NCBI GenBank assembly: GCA_046301955.1
Contig: JBKCJE010000013.1
Coordinates: 334 to 64,333, forward strand
From: Bacteroidota bacterium
GTDB taxonomy: Bacteria; Bacteroidota; Bacteroidia; NS11-12g; UBA955
Reading direction: 5' to 3'
DNA: 64,000 nucleotides
The translations under genes were made by a program, and so were the position numbers. Position 1 is the first letter of the stretch, and every line of letters begins with the position of its first letter. The notes beneath the pieces are model-generated. The model made no database searches. It had not been told where the DNA came from and was given only the letters and a program-made list of their open reading frames with translations. Of this stretch, positions 28,238-37,535 are shown one piece after another.

Positions 28238-29080
28238 TTATTTTTTATAGGCGCGGAATACCCGCCATATTTGATAGGGGACTTTGATAAAGTCTGACCA
28301 ACCAATCTTTGATCCTGCTACGTCGGTCCAAGTGCGAATAGGGACCTCCAAAACCATGGATTCAGCGTTTTTACCAAAGTGCTGTTGCATGCGCAACAAC
28401 ATTTCAACATCAAACAACCATGAAGTATAGAATGGTTTGCTGAAGCAAACTGGAATCAATTCGGGCTGCATTAATTTGGCACCGCATTGTGTGTCGTGGA
28501 CTTTCCAGCCAAGACCTTGACTGATCAAAGTGGCAAACAATCGTCCAGAATAATGTCGGAATAGAGTTCTCTGTATATTGGCACCCAATCGGGCTACTCT
28601 GGACCCTATGATTAATATTGGTTTGGTCTGAGAATTCTCTTTAAAACGATAAAACCATTCAACTTCACTGAATGGAGTTGCCAAATCCGCATCCCAAAAT
28701 CCAAAGTAATCGGCTTGAATATTGTCGAAACCGACCATGTCAATTTCAGATTGATATTGGGTTGACGTTGAATGGCCAATCATGGTACTGTAGGCGATAT
28801 TCAATCCCAATGAAACTGCGTTTGATTTGCCTTTATTGTTTTTATACGATAAAATATGAATCCGAGATTTTATTGGAGAATCTTGTGAATCACGCAACTG
28901 TTTCAGCACAGGAAATGTCTCGTCTTTGCTGCCATCATTGACAAAAACAAATTGCAAAAATGCATCTTGCTGCAAGGCATGGGTATATTCCGCTAAAGGA
29001 ATTCGCGTTGCTTCGTTATAACAAGGGATGATTAAGCAGGTTTTCATCAGACGCAATCTATCGGCCAAATTACCACTCAT
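28238..29080 (-). CDS. Family 2 glycosyltransferase (dolichyl-phosphate sugar synthase-like)
   Basis: IIPCYNE ... VNDGSKDET ... WDADL motifs. An alternative start is the ATG at 29047. Confidence 0.75.
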   Translation of the reverse strand: MSGNLADRLRLMKTCLIIPCYNEATRIPLAEYTHALQQDAFLQFVFVNDGSKDETFPVLKQLRDSQDSPIKSRIHILSYKNNKGKSNAVSLGLNIAYSTMIGHSTSTQYQSEIDMVGFDNIQADYFGFWDADLATPFSEVEWFYRFKENSQTKPILIIGSRVARLGANIQRTLFRHYSGRLFATLISQGLGWKVHDTQCGAKLMQPELIPVCFSKPFYTSWLFDVEMLLRMQQHFGKNAESMVLEVPIRTWTDVAGSKIGWSDFIKVPYQIWRVFRAYKK

Positions 29081-29157
29081 TTCCTTGCCAACCTATTCAT
29101 TGAAATCGATTCGCTCATAGAAATTTGGATTTTTCTAAAAAAGCCAACGGAGAAGGG

Positions 29158-29165
29158 TAAATTTG
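29158..29165 (+). promoter_or_regulatory. -7 box TAAATTTG for the cystathionine beta-synthase gene
   Basis: Exact TAnnTTTG, 7 nt upstream of the ATG at 29173. Confidence 0.45.
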
Positions 29166-29172
29166 CATCCAT

Positions 29173-30555
29173 ATGCGGGTCTATCAGAACATTTTGGAAA
29201 CCATTGGAAATACCCCAATGGTGAAACTCAATACCATCACAAAGGATTTGCCTTGTACGGTATATGCAAAGGTAGAAACCACCAATCCTGGTAACTCCAT
29301 CAAAGATCGAATGGCATTGCAAATGATTAAGGATGCTGAGGCTAGCGGCTTGTTAAAGCCTGGAGGGGTGATTATTGAGGGAACCAGTGGTAATACCGGT
29401 ATGGGTTTGGCCATTGCAGCGGTAATCAAAGGATATCGTTGTATTTTCACAACAACCGATAAACAAAGCAAAGAGAAAGTGGATGCTTTGAAGGCCTTCG
29501 GAGCAGAAGTTATCGTTTGTCCAACCGATGTTGACCCAGAAGACCCCCGTAGTTATTATAGTGTGAGTACCCGATTGGCCAATGAAATTCCAAATGCTTG
29601 GAAACCAAATCAATACGACAATCTGAGTAATTCTAAAGCCCATTATGAGCAAACAGGTCCTGAAATATGGGATCAAACCGAAGGTAAAATCACCCATTTG
29701 GTGGTTGGCGTTGGCACAGGTGGAACTATCTGCGGAACCGGTAAGTTTTTGAAAGAGCAGAACCCAGACATTCAAATTCTAGGGATTGATACCTATGGGT
29801 CTGTGTTTAAAAAGTACAAGGAGACAGGCATTTTTGATAAAAATGAGATTTATCCTTACATCACAGAAGGGATTGGTGAGGATTTTTTGCCTGCCAATGT
29901 GGACTTTGGCATCATCGACCATTTTGAAAAGGTTACGGATAAGGACGCAGCGGTGATGACCCGAAGAATCCCACGTGAAGAGGCCATTTTTGTTGGAAAC
30001 AGTGCGGGGTCAGCCATTGCTGGGTTACTTCAAATGAAAGATCGCTTCAAGGCTTCGGATGTGGTTGTGGTGATTTTTCATGACCACGGAACCCGTTATT
30101 TGGGTAAAATGTACAACGAAGATTGGATGCGCGATCGCGGTTTTATCGCCCCTAAACCTTTAACCACGGCTTTGGATTTGATTGCCGGGCATGCACAATT
30201 GCCTCTATTGAGTGTAAAGCCCACAGATACCTGCGAACATGTAATAGGTTTGATGCAGAAATATAGCGTTTCTCAGTTGCCAGTAAAGGACGATTCCAAT
30301 CAGTTTGTTGGTGCGGTTGAAGATGCGCAGCTGTACGCTGAATTGTTGAAAAACCGTGAACTTATGGAAAAGCCAGTGGCTGATATCATGGGAAAAGCCT
30401 ATCCAATTGTATCTCATATGGCTACCATCGAAGAAGTATCCACAAAAATCAATCAAAGCAATGCAGCCGTTTTGATGATGGATATGGGCGGCAATTGGCA
30501 TATTATCACCAAGCAAGACGTCATACAAGCCATTTCTAAAGGCAATTTATCGTAA
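29173..30555 (+). CDS. Cystathionine beta-synthase-like PLP enzyme (CysK/CBS fold plus C-terminal CBS-pair/Bateman domain)
   Basis: NPGNSIKDR PLP-lysine motif, GTSGNTG, GVGTGGT, and a C-terminal tandem CBS region. Confidence 0.85.
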   Translation: MRVYQNILETIGNTPMVKLNTITKDLPCTVYAKVETTNPGNSIKDRMALQMIKDAEASGLLKPGGVIIEGTSGNTGMGLAIAAVIKGYRCIFTTTDKQSKEKVDALKAFGAEVIVCPTDVDPEDPRSYYSVSTRLANEIPNAWKPNQYDNLSNSKAHYEQTGPEIWDQTEGKITHLVVGVGTGGTICGTGKFLKEQNPDIQILGIDTYGSVFKKYKETGIFDKNEIYPYITEGIGEDFLPANVDFGIIDHFEKVTDKDAAVMTRRIPREEAIFVGNSAGSAIAGLLQMKDRFKASDVVVVIFHDHGTRYLGKMYNEDWMRDRGFIAPKPLTTALDLIAGHAQLPLLSVKPTDTCEHVIGLMQKYSVSQLPVKDDSNQFVGAVEDAQLYAELLKNRELMEKPVADIMGKAYPIVSHMATIEEVSTKINQSNAAVLMMDMGGNWHIITKQDVIQAISKGNLS

Positions 30556-30560
30556 TATCC

Positions 30561-31328
30561 GTGTCATCCATTGTTATTAAAACCGCTGAGCAGATAGAAG
30601 GCATTCGAAAGAGTGCTCATTTGGCTGCCGAAACATTAAAATACTTGGAACAGTTTGTTGTTCCAGGGATGAAAACCATCGATATCGATAAGAAGTGCGA
30701 AGAATTTGTGCGTGATCACGGCGCTATTCCGGCGACCAAAGGCTACCGTGGATACAAGTACTCCTGCTGTATTTCTCCCAACGATGTAATCTGTCACGGC
30801 GTACCCAACGATACCATCATTGAACATGGGGACATTGTAAATATTGACGTAACAACAATTTTGGGTGGATTCTATGGCGACACTTGCAAGATGTACTACG
30901 CAGGAGAGGTGAGTGATTATGCCAAGCGCTTGGTGGAAACCACCAGAGAATGCCTTCGAGTTGGCATGCAACAGTGTTTTCCCGGCAATCGCCTGAATAA
31001 CATTGGTTACCACATAGCCCAACATGCCCAAAAGAATGGGTATTCTGTGGTGTATGAATTTTGCGGACACGGTGTGGGTTTGAAATTCCACGAAGCACCT
31101 GACGTAGCCCATATCGCAGATGCCAATACAGGTCCGATTTTGAAACCTGGTATGATTTTCACCATTGAGCCCATGATTAATGCAGGTAAGGCAAGGGCCA
31201 AGGTGGATCGCAAAGATGGGTGGACAGCTCGAACCATCGATGGCAAATTGAGTGCACAGTTTGAACATACCATTTTGATTACCGAGGAGGGACATGAAGC
31301 CCTAACCGATGTCTATCATGATTTCTAA
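30561..31328 (+). CDS. map: Type I methionine aminopeptidase
   Basis: Metal ligand context (VNIDVT, DTCKM, GHGVG, TIEPM, QFEHT). The start is GTG. Confidence 0.9.
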   Translation: MSSIVIKTAEQIEGIRKSAHLAAETLKYLEQFVVPGMKTIDIDKKCEEFVRDHGAIPATKGYRGYKYSCCISPNDVICHGVPNDTIIEHGDIVNIDVTTILGGFYGDTCKMYYAGEVSDYAKRLVETTRECLRVGMQQCFPGNRLNNIGYHIAQHAQKNGYSVVYEFCGHGVGLKFHEAPDVAHIADANTGPILKPGMIFTIEPMINAGKARAKVDRKDGWTARTIDGKLSAQFEHTILITEEGHEALTDVYHDF

Positions 31329-31329
31329 G

Positions 31330-32175
31330 ATGAAAATTCACGTAGTTCATAGCGGAAATTTCAAATTGGATGGCGGGGCGATGTTTGGGGTAGTTCCTAA
31401 AGTGCTTTGGCAAAAATGGGTGCCCGCGGATGATAATAACTTGTGCAATTGGGCGATGCGATGTCTGTTGGTTGAAACCCTTGATCGCAAAATCTTGATC
31501 GATACAGGAATAGGGGATAAGCAGAGTGAAAAGTTCTTCGGACATTATTATTTGAACGGCGATTATTCACTAGATGGTTCTTTGGCTAATATAGGTATCC
31601 GTCCATCGGACATTACCGATGTTTTACTAACGCACTTGCATTTCGACCATTGTGGGGGTGCTGTGATTCGCAACGAAGCAGGGGCGTTGTTGCCCAAATT
31701 TCCCAATGCTCAATACCACGTAACGAAAGCACAATGGGAGCATGCGAATCACCCAAACGACAGAGAAAGACCTTCTTTTTTGACAGAAAACTTCTTGCCG
31801 CTAAAGGAGCATGGCGTTTTGAATTTCGTGGACGATGGTGACATTTTGTTTGATTGCATTGAAGTGAGAGTATTCAATGGACACACCTTGGGGATGATTG
31901 CGCCCGTAATACACGGTTCCAATTACACATTGATGTATATGGCGGATCTCATTCCAGCTGCAGCCCACGTCCCTGTGAATTATGTGATAGGCTACGATGT
32001 TCAGCCCTTAATTACGATGGAAGAGAAGAAACAGATTCTTCCGTGGCTCAAAGAAAAGGGTGCTTGGTTATTTTTTGAGCACGATGCAGCCTTTGCTGTG
32101 GCTCAATTGGATGTCAATGAAAAGGGACAATATTTGGCGGTGAATCGCACCAACGATTGGATATTTAACGATTGA
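31330..32175 (+). CDS. MBL-fold metallo-hydrolase
   Basis: THLHFDHCGG motif. The ATG at 31330 (MKIHVVHSG) lies 1 nt after the map stop and is preferred over 31309, which overlaps map. Confidence 0.75.
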   Translation: MKIHVVHSGNFKLDGGAMFGVVPKVLWQKWVPADDNNLCNWAMRCLLVETLDRKILIDTGIGDKQSEKFFGHYYLNGDYSLDGSLANIGIRPSDITDVLLTHLHFDHCGGAVIRNEAGALLPKFPNAQYHVTKAQWEHANHPNDRERPSFLTENFLPLKEHGVLNFVDDGDILFDCIEVRVFNGHTLGMIAPVIHGSNYTLMYMADLIPAAAHVPVNYVIGYDVQPLITMEEKKQILPWLKEKGAWLFFEHDAAFAVAQLDVNEKGQYLAVNRTNDWIFND

Positions 32176-32183
32176 TTTCGTTC

Positions 32184-33554
32184 CTATTCCCCAATAAAAG
32201 CGTCTACAATTTCTTCTTTTTGCAAGGTTACCTCACCAGGTGCGGCATTCTTGGGCTTGGAAACAAACTTTCTCGCTACAACAATGACCGGAACCACTTG
32301 TTGCGTTTTGGCTTTGGAATTTTTCGCTGCCAAAGTAGCTGCATATTGGATAATGGCCTGAGGGAACTGTGCACCCTTCTTTTTAATAATCACGTGAGAA
32401 CCAGCAACATCTTTTGCGTGCAACCACAGATCATTCTTTTGGCTCATTCTCAACATTTGATCGTTTGACTTATTGTTTTTTCCTACCCAAATTTGGTGGC
32501 CTTGAAATTCGTGCAATCGATAGGGTAAGGTGTCTGACTGCGCTTGAACCACAGGCACAGTCTTTTGATAGGACTTTAGCCCACGGAAATCCTCAGCTTT
32601 TAACACGCCATCCAGTTTTAATAAGGTTTCTTCTAAATTGGATTCGGTCAAAGCGAGTTGGTCTTGCAGTTTTTTCTGTTCAATGACTTCGTTTTTCGCT
32701 TTGCCATAGTATTTTTTGGCATTATCGGTGGCAGACAAATCAGGATTGAGCTTAATCCAAATGCGTTGATCCGTGTAATAATCTGTTACAAGGGCCTTAG
32801 ATAAACCGGGTTTAAGGGAATGTGCATGTGCGAGGATCAAGTCGCCAATCTCTTTATAACTCCGACGCTCAGCAATTTCTACCAGTCGACGTTTTGATTC
32901 AGAGAGTATTTTTTTTAGGTGCTTTGCCTTCCGCTCTAACTGATCCTTGAGCTGTGCTTTGTTTTTTTCAAAGAAGTACGTTCTCAGGAAATTGTGTTGG
33001 GCCGTCAATAAATCTGTTATACTGAAAGGTTGGCTCAAAAATCCCAAGACACTCCATTCTTCAATGGTTGGAACGATGCTTACCGCGGCAAGTTCATTCT
33101 CAATATTGATATCTGGATACTGAAAATCCCAATCGGACTTTAACGATAGTTTGAATATAGACAGTGTTTCCCCCGTATTGGTGTCGCGCAATAGAATGTT
33201 GCCGAATTTGCCAAACCCTTTGATCCAAAGTTGATGTTGCTGTCCTACAGATAAACAAATCCACCGATCCTTTGGATTGTAGTGCACCTGTCTGATAGAT
33301 TGGTTTTCAATTTCCTTGAACTGCAAAATGCCCTTTTTATTGGCGCTGCTATCGAAAATTTTATCGCTAAGAAACAGAATCAAATGACCTTCAATGAATT
33401 TACATTCAATGGTATAGGTTTCTCCGTTCTGTTCAATAAACTGAAGGTAAAGCGTGTCTTTGTCAAAACTAATCGCACCTTGAAAACAACCACCGATCAA
33501 CCGTTTACGGAATTCATCAGCCCACATGCCATATACCCAATTCACGCTAAACAT
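32184..33554 (-). CDS. NFACT-family (DUF814 / RqcH-like) RNA-binding protein
   Basis: C-terminal NFACT-R region (LWLHAKDVAGSHVIIKKKG ... AAKNSKAK) and a central coiled coil. The start is ATG 33554 or GTG 33557. Confidence 0.65.
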   Translation of the reverse strand: MFSVNWVYGMWADEFRKRLIGGCFQGAISFDKDTLYLQFIEQNGETYTIECKFIEGHLILFLSDKIFDSSANKKGILQFKEIENQSIRQVHYNPKDRWICLSVGQQHQLWIKGFGKFGNILLRDTNTGETLSIFKLSLKSDWDFQYPDINIENELAAVSIVPTIEEWSVLGFLSQPFSITDLLTAQHNFLRTYFFEKNKAQLKDQLERKAKHLKKILSESKRRLVEIAERRSYKEIGDLILAHAHSLKPGLSKALVTDYYTDQRIWIKLNPDLSATDNAKKYYGKAKNEVIEQKKLQDQLALTESNLEETLLKLDGVLKAEDFRGLKSYQKTVPVVQAQSDTLPYRLHEFQGHQIWVGKNNKSNDQMLRMSQKNDLWLHAKDVAGSHVIIKKKGAQFPQAIIQYAATLAAKNSKAKTQQVVPVIVVARKFVSKPKNAAPGEVTLQKEEIVDAFIGE

Positions 33555-33571
33555 CACGCAAATTTCGTCTA

Positions 33572-36500
33572 TTAGGGTGATTTTGGACGCATCAATGTGA
33601 GAGAACTTCTCGCAAATCGTTTTGATTGCCTCAAGCTCTTGTATTCAAGGATAACAGCATATACGCCTTCGGGGCAATCTTGGTTGTTTTTGGTGCCATC
33701 CCAGAGGATTTTCTTGTCTTTCGATTCATACACAATTTCACCCCAGCGATTGAGAATCATCAGTCGATAATCGGAAGACCCATAAATGTCTGGTTGAAAC
33801 GCATCATTAATACCGTCGCCATTGGGTGTAAATGCGGTTGGGAGATACAAGATCACCGTATCATGGTAGCAGATGTTTTTGATTACAGTGTCAGCACACC
33901 CACCTTCGTTCTGAATCGCCAACATGACTTTGTAATTGGGTAGCAATCCATTATACTGATGGGTGGGGTTGATACTGGGTGAGAATGGAGTTTGTGTTTC
34001 ATCGCCCCAAAACCACTGTCCTTTAGTACCACCGCTGCTTTGATTAATGAACAGGGCAGTTTCGTCGAGCGGCGACAAACAATCACCTTGACTTTGTTTT
34101 TGAATGCTAAAACCCGCTTGAATGGCTTTGTATCCAGGGATTTCGATGGTGGTATCTGTCTGACAACCAGTAATTTCGTCTCGAATGGTCACCCGATATA
34201 GATTGTCGGCAAAGGCATGTAACGTATCTGCCATGTATCCAAGATCATGGGCCCAAGTGCGTTTCGCAGGGTTTCCATTTCCCAATTTCAGCAAAGCCCA
34301 ACCCTTTAACCCCCTACAAACGGTATCGCTCACAGTTGTTATTGACCAAACACGCGGATGAACATAAATGTTGGCGGTATCTTGAGCGTCGTCTGAACAT
34401 CCGTCACTCACTGTCCCAATCAATCTTCCGCCTTGATTGGCGATAAAAAAGGTTTTATTGCCTGTCTGACCATGAGACCATTTTAAGGAATAATTGGCGA
34501 TCAACCCCCCGTTCGCGATAGCATCGAACGTCAATATTTTACCGTAGCACGCACTATCGCTTTTGGGCGATAGAATTATTTTTAGTCTGGAATTAACATC
34601 CATTGACTGACTGTCATTGTTTGTGCAGGCACCTTGTTGAACTTGGTAAAAAATTCGATGTCGACCTTCGCCTGCAACGGCTGGATTGAACGTTGAATCC
34701 AAAATGCCATGACCAGACCAACTACCCTTGCTAGGGATTGCAGTCAAGGCAAATTGAGAATCTTTAAAGCAATACCATTGGGGATGGTTAAATACGATTT
34801 TTACCAAGGTATCTACACGAATCTTGGTTGAATTTAGACATCCTTCAGACGATTTATAATTGATCGTATGCAATCCTGCCCCAGCGGTGATTGTATTAAA
34901 AATACCGCTAGATTGTGTGATTCCAGGACCCCAAAACAATCCATTTTTATCTTTTTTAAACAAATTTAATTGTTTGACATTTAAACAAATAGATGTGTCT
35001 AATTGAATAATTGGTTTAGTTTTAACCCAAACAACAAGCGTATCATCACACCCTTTGTTAATATATCGAATAGTAAACACCCCGGGTCCGGATATCCTGG
35101 GATCGAATCCATTTTTCTTAACCGCTGCGTGCCCCATCCACTGTCCGCCTGGGATAGAAACACGTACACCTTTCGATACAAATGTTGTAAAGGTATCTTC
35201 CAAACAGAATTTCAAGGTGTCAGGCTGTAATACCTGTACTGGAAGTATATAAACAAACTTGCGATCACTACACTTTGGTGTTTTTAAGATCAGTGTATCA
35301 ATACTTGATTTTGAAGTGGCATTCCACCAATCCGGGCTATATTGATTACCGCTGCCATTGATCCCCTTGCTCGTCCATGTGTAACTTGAATTGGGCCTGA
35401 ATGGTTTTAGTGTTTGTTTACCAGCGGTTGGACAGAATGTATCATTCAATCCTGCATCGCCCGGCAAAACAGTGAGAACGGTTGTATCACGACAGCCCCC
35501 TTGGGCCGCATAAATGATGTTATAATTCTTTGGACCACCCATGAGCGACGGATTGTAGGTGCCATAGTAGTAATTCACCAGCCCCGCGAAGTAGTTAGGG
35601 TACAAACCCTTGGGAGAGAAGGTGAGGGTAGCAGACGTCACCGACTCACAAACTGTATCGTATTGGGGGACTTGAATGGGTTGAACAAAGACGGTTTTCT
35701 TTGATGTACATCCCTTCCAGGTATATGTCAGAATATAGGTCCCTGCGGTATCTGGGGTAAATAAACCATTGATTGTGGTTTTGGGACCAGTCCATGTTCC
35801 GCCTGCTGGCCCATACCAATATAGGGGGAATGAACTTTTACTTGGACAAAAAACGTTTTCGTAGTTGTAAGGGGCGGTTACAGTTACATTGACAGTATCC
35901 GCACAATTGCCGATTTGATACCAAACTTTTACAGTACCCCAAACACTGTTTGGTTTGAACTCACCGGTTTTGGCATTTACAATCCCACTGCCTTTCCATG
36001 TGCCGCCCACAGGTGTCGCACGAAGCTTAAAATTGGGATTGTAGTAACAAACCGACGTGTCTGATTGCGCTTTTGGAGGATCTAATACCACAATATCGAT
36101 TGTGTCATAACCGGGGACAGAAGACCCATCTTCTATCTTTATCGTGTACTTACGATTGGCATTTAAGCACTGCGTGATAGGGCCTTTTCCAGAAAGACCA
36201 GCGGGTGTCCATGTATATTTGTATTTTGTACTGTCACCGCCGGTTGCTGTTAATGTGAGCTTTACACAATCGCCTTTGCATATGGTATCTTTGTTGCTTT
36301 TAAGGTCAACGAGGATTGGGCAGTTGGAGATGGAGAAATTGTAGAGACTTTGTAAAAAATACACACTATCGCAGTAGTCGCGATAGCCATGCTGGTGGGT
36401 GATTTTATATAATCCGTTTAGTGTAAGTCCGCCAGTAACAGTCAATTCAAACAACTTTGACAGCCCATTACTACAGTTCAGTGCCTTGATTTTGGTAATT

Positions 36501-37081
36501 TTTGCCGCATTGGGCCCTGACATGGAGGTGTTATTCAAATTGACAGAATCACAAGGTATGGCAACATCTGTCGCCAATTTGATCGTAGAATCTTTACAGC
36601 TTGGAAGCGATATACCAACGCTGGCTTGTAGAAATTTAAATGGGGAAGGCTTGATTGTTTGAACTACAACGGATGCTTTCCAACCAGAACAAGTGATACT
36701 TTTGTCTGACTTGAAGTGAATTGTGATAAAACTGTCTGTTGAACTCACAGTTCCGGGGCCAATATTTCCGCTCCATGCCCCGAGTAAATTGGCAAAAGTA
36801 TCCTTTCCATCAAAAATCCGCATGACATCATTGTCTTTCTCCGTACAAAAGCTTGAAAACTTCAGGATGATGGATTTTGCACCGGGAATTGAAAGGGTAA
36901 GAGTCGTGTTTTCATTGTGGTCATAATCAGACTTATTTAGTGCTTTGTCTGAATCAGTGACAGTGCCTTTGCAAATTCGAAACCGACCATTTTGTTGGGT
37001 TATGGTAGTTTGGGATACAGCATCACTGCCGTAGCTTAACCACAATAATCCAATAATCCAAAATTTCCAGTTGTCTAACAA
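33572..37081 (-). CDS. Giant T9SS cargo: signal peptide, CUB-like domain, about 8 Cys-framed Ig-like repeats, T9SS type B C-terminal sorting domain
   Basis: CUB-like segment (TLTLSIPGAKSIILKFSSFCTEKDNDVMRIFDGKD...FITIHFKSDKSITCSGWKA). A repeated G(G/S)xW(x)G.G...G.F.P...G.G...I.Y...C motif is present. The C-terminus reads LPTAFTPNGDGINDAFQP...LMILNRWGEIVYES...EGVYAVILEY. The start is TTG, 5 nt after the upstream stop. Confidence 0.8.
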   Translation of the reverse strand: MLDNWKFWIIGLLWLSYGSDAVSQTTITQQNGRFRICKGTVTDSDKALNKSDYDHNENTTLTLSIPGAKSIILKFSSFCTEKDNDVMRIFDGKDTFANLLGAWSGNIGPGTVSSTDSFITIHFKSDKSITCSGWKASVVVQTIKPSPFKFLQASVGISLPSCKDSTIKLATDVAIPCDSVNLNNTSMSGPNAAKITKIKALNCSNGLSKLFELTVTGGLTLNGLYKITHQHGYRDYCDSVYFLQSLYNFSISNCPILVDLKSNKDTICKGDCVKLTLTATGGDSTKYKYTWTPAGLSGKGPITQCLNANRKYTIKIEDGSSVPGYDTIDIVVLDPPKAQSDTSVCYYNPNFKLRATPVGGTWKGSGIVNAKTGEFKPNSVWGTVKVWYQIGNCADTVNVTVTAPYNYENVFCPSKSSFPLYWYGPAGGTWTGPKTTINGLFTPDTAGTYILTYTWKGCTSKKTVFVQPIQVPQYDTVCESVTSATLTFSPKGLYPNYFAGLVNYYYGTYNPSLMGGPKNYNIIYAAQGGCRDTTVLTVLPGDAGLNDTFCPTAGKQTLKPFRPNSSYTWTSKGINGSGNQYSPDWWNATSKSSIDTLILKTPKCSDRKFVYILPVQVLQPDTLKFCLEDTFTTFVSKGVRVSIPGGQWMGHAAVKKNGFDPRISGPGVFTIRYINKGCDDTLVVWVKTKPIIQLDTSICLNVKQLNLFKKDKNGLFWGPGITQSSGIFNTITAGAGLHTINYKSSEGCLNSTKIRVDTLVKIVFNHPQWYCFKDSQFALTAIPSKGSWSGHGILDSTFNPAVAGEGRHRIFYQVQQGACTNNDSQSMDVNSRLKIILSPKSDSACYGKILTFDAIANGGLIANYSLKWSHGQTGNKTFFIANQGGRLIGTVSDGCSDDAQDTANIYVHPRVWSITTVSDTVCRGLKGWALLKLGNGNPAKRTWAHDLGYMADTLHAFADNLYRVTIRDEITGCQTDTTIEIPGYKAIQAGFSIQKQSQGDCLSPLDETALFINQSSGGTKGQWFWGDETQTPFSPSINPTHQYNGLLPNYKVMLAIQNEGGCADTVIKNICYHDTVILYLPTAFTPNGDGINDAFQPDIYGSSDYRLMILNRWGEIVYESKDKKILWDGTKNNQDCPEGVYAVILEYKSLRQSKRFARSSLTLMRPKSP

Positions 37082-37086
37082 TTTGC

Positions 37087-37527
37087 TTATTTGTTGATAT
37101 TGACTGATTTAGACGTCAAAGCGTTGCTCCAATGCTGCGCTCTGTCTTTTATCCGAACCTGAAATTGTGTACTTTCTGAGCTTCCTGCACCCAATAAGAA
37201 TATGTTCTTCAGGGTGATGCGAACACTGCCCGATATCGCCACTTTCGCTGTAAGGGGTGCCAATGGCTTCAAATGATAATAATCTGGTTTCCCAAAACGA
37301 ATGTCTTTCACCTCAACCGACAAAGAATCGGCGCTCTCAAAACCCAAATCACCGTCGCCATCGCTGTAATCGAAGGTGAGCACAACCGTATCTGTAAACT
37401 GCTTAAAATCAGATTTATTGAGTGTTAATTTGGAAATGCTTGGCTGCGGATCACCGGTATATCGGTCTTCATATTTACATGAAAAAAACAAAATAGAAAT
37501 TATCAATATATTGAAAATCAATTTCAT
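37087..37527 (-). CDS. Small lipoprotein with a DxDGDGD acidic loop
   Basis: Lipobox (ILFFSC) and beta-rich sequence with TFDYSDGDGDLGFE. It lies within the operon. Confidence 0.55.
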   Translation of the reverse strand: MKLIFNILIISILFFSCKYEDRYTGDPQPSISKLTLNKSDFKQFTDTVVLTFDYSDGDGDLGFESADSLSVEVKDIRFGKPDYYHLKPLAPLTAKVAISGSVRITLKNIFLLGAGSSESTQFQVRIKDRAQHWSNALTSKSVNINK

Positions 37528-37535
37528 AAAATACA

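Noticed and set aside
30636-31295. Long antisense ORFs in the track, for example 219 aa opposite map, 164 aa at 59756-60250 opposite gcdH, 187 aa at 49035-49598 opposite gyrA and 135 aa at 665-1072 opposite folC
   Set aside because: Each lies entirely inside a gene with unmistakable family motifs on the other strand. Their translations are low-complexity or Cys/His/Arg-rich shadow frames with no recognisable domains.
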